Shown: positions 48,849 to 60,539 of the stretch, piece after piece
How the letters are laid out: every line of letters begins with the position of its first letter
Numbering within the stretch: the first letter of the stretch is position 1
Origin: Narcine bancroftii
Lineage: Eukaryota
DNA length: 64,000 nucleotides
Assembly: GCF_036971445.1 (NCBI RefSeq)
Contig: NC_091472.1
Coordinates: forward strand, 109,988,001-110,052,000
Direction of reading: 5' to 3'
Translations under genes and position numbers: made by a program
The notes under the pieces: model-generated
What the model was told of the DNA's origin: nothing
The model's input: the letters and a program-made list of their open reading frames with translations, nothing else
The model's database searches: none

Positions 48849-50329
48849 AGAAGATGAATTTCAGAGATTAAGCGCCGCTCTCCATCAGAGCCCATCACAC
48901 TCCTCCCCGCTGTTCATCGATTTGACATCAAGCATTTGACTTATTGTGCCTCCCGCTTGCCCCATATTCAGAGTTAATTTGGTTGTAATGCCCCGGTGTG
49001 CACAGGAGACCCAGACATTCCATCACCAACAATGTCATGTAATGCAGTTGGTCGTGGGGAATTAAAGCAAACCATATGGCCGTGGGGACGGCAGCTTTCG
49101 GAAAGTTGGACCCCCTCCTCCGCCCTCACTCATTCTTCCTTCTCCTGCGATCCTTATCGCCGAGGTCGTGGGAATGATACATTTTAAATCAGACGGAGCC
49201 AAAGCAGCTGTACTCACTATATTTAACGGCCAGCCCTTCCTTCGAAAGGCAACTCGTCTTTTATTTTGCAAAGTAGATTTTAGCCTACACATTATTTCTT
49301 GAGCTAAGCGTGCCTTCACAACCAGGAAAAATGTGTTGTTTTTAAAATAAAACTTTTGGTTTTTGCAAAAGATTTAATAGTCTAATGATATGCACGCATT
49401 CCCAGAGGATGCGAAATTCCGCACTGAGCGATGGTATGAGGCCTCAAATTAGATGTTGAATTATTACTGTTCCATCCAAAATAAAACCAGATGCACTTTG
49501 TGGGCCACAGTTTAATATAATTGATGGGGTTCTCTCGTTTATTTACAGGGCTAGGTTAAAAACTACCCGAACGGGAAACCAAAGGTTCACAGTCTGTAAA
49601 ATGTGGTTTCAGTGTTGTTTATTGCCTTAAAACACACAAGGGCTTCTTCTGATTGATGCAGAGTTCCAAAATATATATTTTCCCACAAACTGCTGAGAGT
49701 ATATAATGGGAAAATCTTGGTTTATTTACTCCTGAGAGTGAACACAAACATGGGAATCACTGAAAGGGTGAATTATATTGCCCCAAAGAGCTTTCAATTT
49801 GACCTTGATGGAATTGAGCTACAACAAATTAGGTGGGGTTTTGTTTTGGAATGGAAGATTTAAAAAGCAAAACTGTTCATAACATTAAATGCAAATCAGG
49901 TAGTAAGTCTCCACATGCACATCTAAAAAATAACAAAAGAAATGAGCTAGGATTCGCCAGTAGTTGAGGCCGCATCTGTGGGAAGAAATACACAGTTGAT
50001 GATTCCAAACTGGGAAGGAGAGGAAAGAATATCCATGGGAACCAACAGGCAGTCCATGTTTTGCGCCCAAAGGGCCTTCTGCCTATTGCTTCCCATGGAT
50101 GTTGTATTACCTGCTGAGTTCCTCCAGTGCTTTTGTGCAATGATCCAGTTCTCTAGCATCTTCAGACTTATTGTTTAACCTTGTTAAACTTCTGGCAGGG
50201 TGTTGAAGTGAGGATGTCAGTGATCGAGTAAAACAGGCTATCACAGCTGCTGGTCCAGACTTCTCATTTGCACTGACCAAGAGTAAGGAAGCCATTCAGC
50301 CTGTTGGGTCTCTCTCTATTCACTGAACA

Positions 50330-51040
50330 GCTTCCTCAGTTTGGGGCCCCAAATGGTAGTGAGGGAGGGACTTACCCCTGTGACCACAGAACCTCCCTCA
50401 CCATCACTCGGGGCCACAAACAGACCCTCCAAATGAAGCAACACTTCACTTGTAAATCTTCAGGGGTCATTTTCTGCATCTGGCACTCACGTTGTGGTCT
50501 TCTCTACATCAGAGAGACTGTGCGCAGGCTGGGCGATCACTTAGTTGAGCACTCTGTCCACCACAATAGTATGGATCTCCCACTGGCCAATGATTTCGAT
50601 TTCCCAGCCCATTCCCTTGTTGACATGGCTGTCTGTGGTCTCATGCACTGCCATACTGAGAGTATAAATTGTAGGAACAACACCTCATCTTTCATTTGTG
50701 AACCCTCCAATCCTCCAACTGGCATTAATGTTGACTTCTCATGTCCCCTTTCTTCCTCTGTCCCCTTTCCCCCAGCTCTGTCTGTCTCTCTCTCTCTTCC
50801 CCTTTCCCTCTGCCTCCTTTCTCAGAGCCAAAATCAATTCCTACTTTTTCTCTTATCATATCCAATTAACACCTTTTGACTGTTGGTCTGAACTCCTCCT
50901 CCTGTCATTATTCAGATGCCTTCCTGTCTTTTGCTTAAACCTTGAGTAAGGGCTCAGCTGTGAAATGTCAGAAATATATCTTTTCCTCCTATGGACACTG
51001 TGAGACCTGGTGAGTTCCTCCCTTATTTGTGTGTGTTTTG
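50330..51040 (+). mobile_element. Penelope-like element, GIY-YIG endonuclease end
   Basis: HKQTLQMKQHFTCKSSGVIFCIWHSRCGLLYIRETVRRLGDHLVEH, followed by the terminal repeat. Confidence 0.85.
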
Positions 51041-51799
51041 ACTCTCTATATATTTTCTAATCCCCATCGAATCTAAGAGAGATGCAGTTCAGAAACTGAG
51101 TTTGGTTTCTTATTCAACCCATTGAGACTACACTGACCATCAACTACTGTTACATCAATTCTATGTTAATTCAGTTACACACAAAGGCAATTTACAGTGG
51201 CTAACCCTCATGCCTTTGAGATGTGGGTGGAAACCCAACCACACAGAAGAAACCCACATGGCAGCAACCCTCCCCACATAGGCAGCACCTGAGGTAAGAG
51301 ATGAGCCTGTATGTTTCTGGCCCTATGCTATGCTCTGGTGCTGCTCATATGCTACATTGTTCCAACACAATGGATTGGCAGTTTGGTTCATTACATTTGA
51401 TAAACATAGAAATGTGAAGTGGATTGCTAACAGAAAATACCGACCTAAAAGATTAATGCAATGTGATATATGATGTGGACCTTTAAATATTAAACAATTC
51501 CCCTCAGTCCTTATTTCAGCATCGTTCTTTCCATTCTCATTTCTGGACAACCCCACAAAAAACAGTGAGCAGTGTGACGCAAGGAACAGATCACCTGACC
51601 TATGACACAAGGCGAGAGACCTGACGATCCAGGAATTGAAGGAAATAAAGTTAGTGATTGAGTCTGTGCTTTATAATTCCCTCCATGAGTATAAAAAATG
51701 AAAGGTTACTTTGTAGCTGTATAAAACCTCAGATAGGTAATGTTTGGAGAATTTTCAATTTTGAAAAGCCAGTACACAGTTAATAACAGCATATATGTG

Positions 51800-52490
51800 A
51801 AGAGGAATCTGGGGTTCTGATCTAGATCTCCTTAAAAGTGGCCATGCAAGTAACTAAAGGAGAGATAAGGTATTCTTGGCTACATTGGCTGGGGCTTCGA
51901 GTATAAAGGTAAGGAAGTCATGTTGCACCTATATAAAGCTTTGGTTGGACCACATTTGGAATATGATGTGTGCAATTCTGGTTGCCTCATTACAGGAAGG
52001 ATGTGGAGGTTTTAGAGAAGGTGCAAAAGAGATTTGCCAGGATGTTGCCTGGAGTAGAGGGTATGAGGCATACAAAGAGATAGGACAAATTTGGGTTGTT
52101 TTCTCTGAAGTGACAGAGGGTGAGAAGAGATCTGATAGAAGCTTATAAAATTCTGAGAGTGGATAATCAAAGTCTTTTACCCAGGGTGGAAACATAAAAT
52201 ATTAGAGGGCAGAATGGTGAGTGAGGGAATGTTTAAAGTAGATTTTCAAGGCAGGTTTTTATTACACACAGAGTGGTATTTACCTGGAATGCACTAGCAG
52301 GAATAGTGTGGGATGGAATGAGGTCGGAAATAAATAAGGTCATAATGTTTAAGTAGAATTTAGATAGCCATATGAACATTCAGGGAATGGAGGGATATAG
52401 ACAATTTGCAGATAGATAGGATTAGTTTAATTTAACATTTTAGGCCAAAGAGTCTTTCCCTGTGTTTTACTATTCTATGTTCTATGAGTA
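51800..52490 (+). mobile_element. CR1 LINE 3' portion
   Basis: HLYKALVGPHLEY...VQFWLPHYRKDV region; tail (TTCTATG)n. Confidence 0.8.
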
Positions 52491-52632
52491 AAACTACAAA
52501 TAGTTTCTGTTTTTATTTTGTTCTTATTAATATGTTGAAATTTATATGAAACAGATATGTTGAAAATTTGCAACATAAATATGATGCCAATTAAACCATC
52601 TTTCAATAAGTTATTTACTATTAGCATTCCTT

Positions 52633-52635
<3 letters not shown>

Positions 52636-52718
<83 letters not shown>
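52636..52718. repeat. (CA)n microsatellite, about 41 units
   Basis: perfect dinucleotide run. Confidence 0.98.
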
Positions 52719-52722
<4 letters not shown>

Positions 52723-53439
52723 ACATTTGGAAAATAATTCAACAGTGCAGGCAACATCTGTGGAAGGAGAATCAGAGAACTTGGTATTTTGAAATATGGA
52801 TTCTTTAACATGCAGCTATCCAAGACAGAAGGTGATGTGTCTAATGTAAAAAAAATTTTTTATAACATTTTACAGCATCCTATCAACTCCGGGTCTGCCA
52901 CAGCTTGGAGGAAAAATTTGTAATAGTGAAAGAGTTAAAGTAACCATTGCAGAACAGAAGAATGGACTAAAACATAAAATGCTGGAGGAACTCAGCAGGT
53001 CAGACAGCATCAATGGAAAGCAATAGACAGTCAATGTTTCAGATTTTTAAAAAAACGCTTTATCAGGAAGAATCGACTGTGTTTCCAGATTGAATCTACA
53101 TTTGGAGGTTGTCACATATAAAAACTGGTTAATGGTCCAGGAAGTTCTCTGAAAATGCTGAGAAAATATTAGCAAGGAGAGTTCAGATGACTTAATTGAA
53201 GCTATAAATGTCTAATAATTATTAATGAGAGGATGAACTAGTGTGGCATGAGTAGATAAAGGACAATAGAAACACTAACGTCTGATTGTAGTGTTATAAG
53301 AAACATAGGGTTCACTCTAAAATATCTCTGATGGCATGCAAGATCTCAACAGCAAGTAGACAAGTGAGTGGTTATCATTTTAATAGGTAATAACCAGAGG
53401 TTGAGTTAAGATATCAAAATACAGATTGGTGAGGCATGA

Positions 53440-54744
53440 TCATCAGTCCATGCTGTCTACAAAATCAGTCTTTGATAGAACATTAACTTGTGCTCCAATA
53501 TCCAACTTAACTGAAATGTATATGTCATTTACTTTTAATCTCAATGTCTAGTCTCTGTTTTCTTTCTTATTTTCAGATATAACATCTACATAGAATTCCT
53601 CTATCTCCCTTTCATCTACTGCATTAACCTTGCTTTGTTGCACTTGGTTCCTACAGCAACAGGCATAATGGTTGCTTTTGTTTTACCATATGCTGGACTC
53701 TTTTTTGGTAGGTGTTGTGAACCGCATCAACAACATGGCTTTCGATTGTCCCTTTCATTTTTGTTCGCTGGCCATGCCTCTCTTTCCACTTTGGTGCGCT
53801 CTTTGTTAAACGGTTTATGTTTGTTCTTGCTCACTGCATCCACGTTACAGCTAGTTTCACTGAACAGCTCTTTTGTCTGAAATTTTACAGTTTATGTAGC
53901 CCTACAGAGTGCTATGGCTTTTTACAGGCCTAGAGTTTGCTCTCTTAGCAGTCTTTCCCTTAGAGTATTGTCTGGATTACCACACATAAGTCTGTCTTTT
54001 ATCAGCGAGTCGGTCAGTCCACCAAATTCACACGTTTAGCTTCTATTTCTCAATTCAGTTATATTCTGATCAATACTTTCTTCCTTTTTCTGTATACATG
54101 TGAAAAATGTGTGCCTCTCAAACATCACATTATGTTTAGGTATGCAGTATGCCTCAAACTGTTCCATTATTTTTTCCAGTTTCCATTTGTCTCCTTCAGC
54201 AGCAAATGTGAAGTTATGATACACCTTCAGAGCTTCATCATCCAGACATGTAAGAAAACTGATGCTTACACTTTATCACTTTTCTCATCAGCTCCAACTG
54301 CCACTAAATACAATCCAAGATGTTCTTTGAATCTGTTCCAATTTTCAGCCACATTATCTATCAACTGAAGTTTCGCTGGTGGATGTAATCCTTTCATTTT
54401 TCACTGTATTAGCCTCTCTTCACTGATCAGTTATTGACTTTAGATTTTCCCTTTAAAATATTTCCTTCTATTTTCCTTCATCCCACTTCAGACACTATAT
54501 TTCATCTTATATTCATATGTGTGAGTTCTTAGACAATGCATGGATGAGGAAAAGGTTCTTTACTTTAAAGTTGTTGTAAACAGCATCATGAGGCTTGCTA
54601 TAAGACTGCAAGCCTCCATTACAGATCTTGTATACTGTGTTTCTGCTTCTGTGTCAGCCCCCTGCTGGCAGCCAAGTCTAATCAAACAGGAACTATAATC
54701 AAGGCCTTGGTAGTGGCCATGCAAACATGATCACTATCATTACA
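53440..54744 (-). mobile_element. second Gypsy-type LTR element remnant (LTR, tRNA-Leu PBS, gag, protease start)
   Basis: minus-strand TAGTGTCTGAAGTGGGA at 54481-54497, a degenerate TGGTGTCAGAAGTGGGA; gag QFEAYCIPKHNVMFERHTFF...CEFGGLTDSLIKDRL; protease KLDIGAQVNVL. Confidence 0.8.
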
Positions 54745-54799
54745 ATGGGGTATAATAATATAATAACAAACCAAGTGAATAATCCTCTGGATTGTATTC

Positions 54800-55730
54800 T
54801 TGTCCTGAGAGTTAATGCCTCCATACCAGCCAGTGAAACATCCAGCCAGAATGCTCTCCACGGTACACCTGGGAAACCTTCTTTATGATTGCATCAACAT
54901 GGAGGCTCCAGGACAGATCCTCGGTGATGTTGACATCCAGGTATTTGAAGTTCTTCACCCTCTTCATTACTTGGGCTTGATGACGACTGGGTCGTGTTCT
55001 CCTGATTTCCTCCTGAAGTCCACAATCATCTCCTTTTGCTAACATTGAGCGCAGGGTTGTTGTCATTTCACCATTCAATGAATTGATCTATCTCCCTCTT
55101 ATACGCTTCCTCATTGCCATTTGTGAATCCACCAACAACTGTGGTGCCTTCGGCAAACTTGTAGATAGCATTGGAATTGTGCCTGGCCACACATTCATGG
55201 GTGTATAATGAGTGTATAATGGCAGTGAGCTAAGCACGCACCTTTGGGTATGTTGATGATCAGTGAGGAGGAGACATTGCTTCCAATTCGTACTGACTGT
55301 GGTCTTCCGATGAGAAAGTTAAGGATCCAGTTGCAGAAGAGGGTACAAATGCCCAGAGTTTATAGCTTCTTGACCAGCACTGAAGGAATAATGGTATTGA
55401 AGGCTGAGCTGTAGTTAATGAAGAGCAGCCGTATGTATGAGTTGCTGTTTTCGAGGTGTTCCAGAGCTGAGTGGAGAGCCAGCGATATTGCATCTGCCAT
55501 GGAGCGATTGTGATGACAGGTGATTTGCAGCGGGTCCAGATCTTTGCTATGTAGGTGTTAATTCTGTCCATGACCAGCCTCTCAAAGCATTTTTTCACAG
55601 TAGAAATTAGTGCTACTGGGCGGTAGTTATTGAGGCAGCCCACACTATTCTTTTTGGACTCCGGAATGATTGATGCCCTTTTGAAGCAGACGGGAACCTC
55701 TGACTGCAGCAATAAGAGGTTGAAAATCAG
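54800..55730 (-). mobile_element. Rex1/Babar LINE RT fragment
   Basis: VPVCFKRASIIP..K...CLNNYRPVALISTVKKCFERLV and NFKYLDVNITEDLSW. Confidence 0.88.
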
Positions 55731-56479
55731 AAAGGAGAGAATTGAAACACTCAGAAAGGAGGAAGCCTATGACTGATCACCATGCATTTTTATGAGTGGT
55801 GAATTGTACCAGCTGTGAGCACTTGGACTTTGTCTTTGAAAATAGTTTGAATAAAGCTCTTATCACAGGTTGTCCAATGACAGTATAACCAATGTTTTGA
55901 GCTTTTACCCATCTTTATTGTCCCATTCTATGCATGATTTGTGAACCTTGTCATAGGATTGACTGCAATGATAAATCAACAAGGGGAAAGCTAGATCTCA
56001 GAGCAAGCAGGTCTGCAAGCCATATTTTATTTTTCTTATTTTCACATGAACAGACAGCCTTCTGTCATTCAGAACATCAAACAATACAGCACAGGAACAG
56101 GTCCTTCAGCCCATAATATCTGAACCAAACAGGCTGCCAAATTCAGTAGATAGTGTTATGCTGATTAGTGGAAGACTATTTTGTCTTCCAGCAATTTAGT
56201 GAGCTGCTTCCTCTCATATGCTTCAGTGAAAGAGTTAACAATGGCTTGAAGTTTTGCCTTCAAATTTGCACATACATAAGGACCTATAGCTCAGGTGCAG
56301 AACTGCTATGAGGAAGACTGAGAAGATTTCTGCAAAATCAAAACTTTACTTGACCCCCATTCTGCAAAGGGGCTGTGCCTGTGGTGGATTTGTTGCTTAG
56401 GTTCATGGTTTATACATTAGTGCATGTTAGGGAGTAGCAGTTGTAGTCGTGAGGTGTAAAATATAATAGTCATTAGTAC

Positions 56480-59030
56480 AAATAAGACCATAAGACAGGA
56501 GCAGAAAGAGGATATACAGGCCATCAACTCTACCCTGCCATTCAATCATGAACTGATCCATTATCCCACTCAGCCCCATTCCTTAGCCTTTTCTCCATAA
56601 TTTTTAATGCCCTGACTAATCAAGTACCTATCAATCACTGTCTTAAATATACCCAATGACTAGGGCTCCACAACCACATGTGGTAACAAATTTCACAGAT
56701 TCACCGCCCTCCGGCTAAAGATATTCCTCCGCAGCTTTATTGTAAGTGGATGTCCTTCAATCCTGAAGTTGTGCCCTCATGACCTAGACTTTCCCACTAT
56801 GGGAAACAACCTTTCTACTTTTATTCTGTTCATGTCTTTCAACATTTGAAATGTTTCAATGAGATTTCTCCTCATTCTCTTAAATTCAAATGAGTACAAG
56901 CCAAGAACCGTCAAGCGCTCCTCATATGATAACCCCTTCATTCCTGGAAAATCCTTGTGAACCTCCTCTGAACTCGCTCTATTGTCATCACATCCTTTCT
57001 TCAATGAGGAACACAGAACTACTCACAATACTCCAAGTGAGGTCTCACCAGTGCCATGTAAAGCCTTAACATCACATCCCTGCACCAATACTCTATTCCT
57101 TTAGAAATGAATGGCAGCATTGCATTTGCCTTCTTCACCACTGACTCAATCTGCAAGTTTACCTTTCGGGTACCCTACTCAATGACTCCCAAGAACCTAC
57201 TCATTTAGAAAATTGTCTGCCTGTTCATTTCTTCTACCAAAGTGCATGACTGTACATTTTTTGACATTGTATTTCATTTGCTACTTCTCTGCTCATTCTC
57301 CTAATCTGTCTAGGACATTTTGCAGCCTCCCTGTTTCCATAACACTACCTGTTCCTCCACCTATCTTCATATGATACTAAAACTTGGCCACAAAGCCATT
57401 CATTCCATCATCTAAATCATTGATATACAACAGAAAAAGGAGCAGCCCCAACACCGACCCTTATGGAACACCACTAGCAACTAGCAACTAATCAGAATAT
57501 GATCCCTATATTCTGACTCTGCTTCCTGTCAATCAACCAATGCTCTATCCATGTCAGTATGTTTGCTATTATATGTTTGCTATTATACCATAGACTGCTG
57601 AAGATCCAGCTGCGCTGGATGGGCCACGTCTCTAGAATGGAGGACCATCGCCTTCCCAAGATCCTGTTATATGGCGAGCTCTCCACTGGCCACCGTGACA
57701 GAGGTGCACCAAAGAAAGGGTACAAGGACTGCCTAAAGAAATCTCTTGGTGCCTGCCACATTGACCACCGCCAGTGGGCTGATAACGCCTCAAACCGTGC
57801 ATCTTGGCGCCTCACAGTTTGGCGGGCAGCAACCTCCTTTGAAGAAGACCGCAGAGCCCACCTCACTGATAAAAGGCAAAGGAGGAAAAACCCAACACCC
57901 AACCCCAACCAACCAATTTTCCATTGCAACCGCTGCAATCGTGTCTGCCTGTCCCGCATCGGACTTGTCAGCCACAAACGAGCCTGCAGCTGACGTGGAC
58001 TTTTTACCCCCTCCATAAATCTTCGTCCACGAAGCCAAGCCAAAGATACCATAGACTCTTCTCTTGCTATGTAGCTTCATGTACGGCACCCTGTCAAATG
58101 TCTTCTGAAAATCCAAATGCACAACATCCACTCCATCTTTTTTATCTAGCCTGCTTGTCAATTCTTCAGAGTTCAAATTGGTTTGTCAAGCAAGATCTTC
58201 CCTGAAAGAAACCATGCTAGCAATGGCCTTTCTTGTTATGTGCCTCCAAGTACTCTTTAACCTCATCCTTGACAATCGACTCTAATATCTCCCAAACTCT
58301 GATGTCTTGCTATCTGGTCTATAATCTCCTTTCTGCTGCTTCACGCCCTTGAATGGTGGGATTTGTGATTTTCCAGTCCTTCATCCTAGAATCTTTTGAT
58401 TCCTGAAAGATCATTACCAATGCCTCCACAATCTCTACAGCTACTTCTTTCAGACTCCAAGGGTGCAATCCACCTAGCCTCAGACCATTCTATTTTCTGA
58501 GAACCTTCTTCCCTGAAATACTAACTGCATTCACTTCCCTTCCTTTGGACATCTGGTGCACTGCTAGAGGTTTCCACAGTGAAGACTGATGCAAAATACA
58601 AATTTAGCTCCTCTGCCGTCCCCTTGTCTCCCATGATTGTTTCTCCACATAATTTTCTAATGGTCCAATATCTACTCTCACCTCTCCTTTACTCTTCATA
58701 CAGTTAAAGAAGCTTTTTGGATCCTCTTTGATATTGTTTATTAGTCCACATTCTTATTTCATCATTTCCCTCATTATGATTTTTTAAAATTTAACTTGAA
58801 CAAGTTTTTTAAAATAAACTTTCCCAATCATTTTTGTTTCCGTGTATGTCCTCTCTTCTGCTTTCACGTTGGCTTTGATTTTCATTCCTTGTCAGCCATA
58901 GGTGTGACATTTTTCTATGAATATTTCCTTTTTTTTGGTATGGAGCTAATCTGTACCTTCCTAATTTCTCGCAGCAACTGTATCCAGTGCTTACTTGTGC
59001 CCCCTTCCAATATAGTTTGGTCAATATACA
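56480..59030 (-). mobile_element. CR1 LINE (RT region to 3' tail), interrupted by an RTE copy
   Basis: VDVVHLDFQKTFDRVP, ILTWIEHWLIDRKQ, GMKGLSYEERLTVLGLYS motifs; tail repeats near 56485. Confidence 0.88.
57597..58045 (+). mobile_element. RTE-clade (BovB-like) LINE 3' end with an open reading frame and a perfect 12-bp TSD
   Basis: QLRWMGHVSRMEDHRLPKILLYGEL...CNRCNRVCLSRIGLVSHKRAC; ATACCATAGACT at 57585-57596 and 58046-58057. Confidence 0.92.
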
Positions 59031-59109
59031 AAGACCAGCCTTTAAACTATTCAAATACAACAAGCAGTTTTCAGTCTGGAAAGTGCAAGGAAACATAAAC
59101 AAACACCAT

Positions 59110-59220
59110 ATCTGTGAAGGAGGCAAGCTACCAGTTGACAGTGTGAGATGCCACTGATTAGGTCACATCTGTGAAGGAGGCAAGCTACCATATGACAGTG
59201 TGAGATGCCACTGACTAGGT
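59110..59220. repeat. 57-bp tandem duplication
   Basis: ATCTGTGAAGGAGGCAAGCTACCA...TGACAGTGTGAGATGCCACTGA starts at 59110 and again at 59167. Confidence 0.92.
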
Positions 59221-59841
59221 GTGGTTGGAAATTGATGTCACAATCAAAGTTCCTTATATCCATTGGTCAAACCTATTGACCAATAGAAGCCGAACACTTT
59301 CAGTTGGAGGAACCTGGCTGACCAAGCAGCATTATCAGGAGGAAAAGAGGAGTTGATGTTTCAAGCCAAAATCATCCATTGAGTCTGGTAGTATGGAAGC
59401 CAATGTAAAGAGGACAGGGTATGGGGGGTGGGGGGTTCTATGCTATTTGGTCTGCATTAAACCAGGTATTGGACAACTTCATCTTAGATGTTTTGTGTCA
59501 TGACAGATGCTGAGTCAGGTTCCAGATTGTATACCACAGATGATCATGACCATGGTCATGTTATTAAATCAATCAATCAATCATGGTGTACTCAGACAGT
59601 CAGTCAGCCCTCACAATACTGTGATAAAAGCAATACGTTTTGAGTGTAAGTGGTTTTTAGACCTTCCATTTCCCAACAAAGGTGTTTGAATATTCAGAGT
59701 TTGTCTTGTCAGTCACAATGCACTCCTAGGATGTGTAGACCTATTGAAGCATTCTTTTTGCACCTAAAAGACTGAAGTGAACAACACAAATGTAACTATT
59801 GTAATTGTATTCATTCACCTGCTGTTATCTTTGTATGACAA

Positions 59842-60073
59842 TGTGATTAGTACAGATTCTGTCACCAATGCGTATATGTATAGATTGTAGTGTAGGATGA
59901 CTGTGATTGGCTGAGAACATAGCCACACCTACTGGCAGGTCTTAAAGGGTTGCTCCTAGCCAGACCAGGTCATTCTGGACTGGTCGACCTACATGTGATA
60001 TGCTCCAGTCTTTTAGTTAATAAAAGCCTTGGTTTGGATCAACAAGTCTTTGGTTCTTTCGACATGCTCTACA
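59842..60073 (+). mobile_element. solo LTR, 232 bp
   Basis: TG...CA termini (TGTGA...CTACA), internal AATAAA, perfect 5-bp TSD GACAA at 59837-59841 and 60074-60078. Confidence 0.88.
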
Positions 60074-60539
60074 GACAAGTATTAAAACTTTGAGTTGAGG
60101 GAGATTCTATCCAAAACACGCCCACCAGGGGCTCTCAGTATGTGAACCTGTGCTGAATAATGGTCAGTTACCTTTACAGCTCTGGTCGTTGTGTGTCTTA
60201 TTCAGTCACAGCATCCTGTGTAGTTGGCAGGAAACATAATTGATCCATGATGCGGCCATTGACACCAGCAGTCTCATGGGCTGAGTATTTTTAAGCTCAG
60301 CACTCTGCAATTTGATGTACTTGCATCAACAACCTTGGCATATCAGTAAGAACAGAGTGGAAACCTAAAGGGGCAGATGTAAGGTGTGGTTTTGTATCCA
60401 TGTACATATAAAAAAACTAGTTACCAGCTGGAGCTGGGAAGATTGGTTTATCAATTGTGCCAAGTGGTCTTTCAACATTCAAGAGTTCCACAGTGTTCTT
60501 TATATTTACTTCCAAAAGTGCAAATCATTTTTAGGCTAA

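Noticed and set aside
57559-57993. 144-aa ORF as a host zinc-finger gene
   Set aside because: It is the RTE LINE C-terminus, bounded by a TSD and repeated elsewhere in the window.
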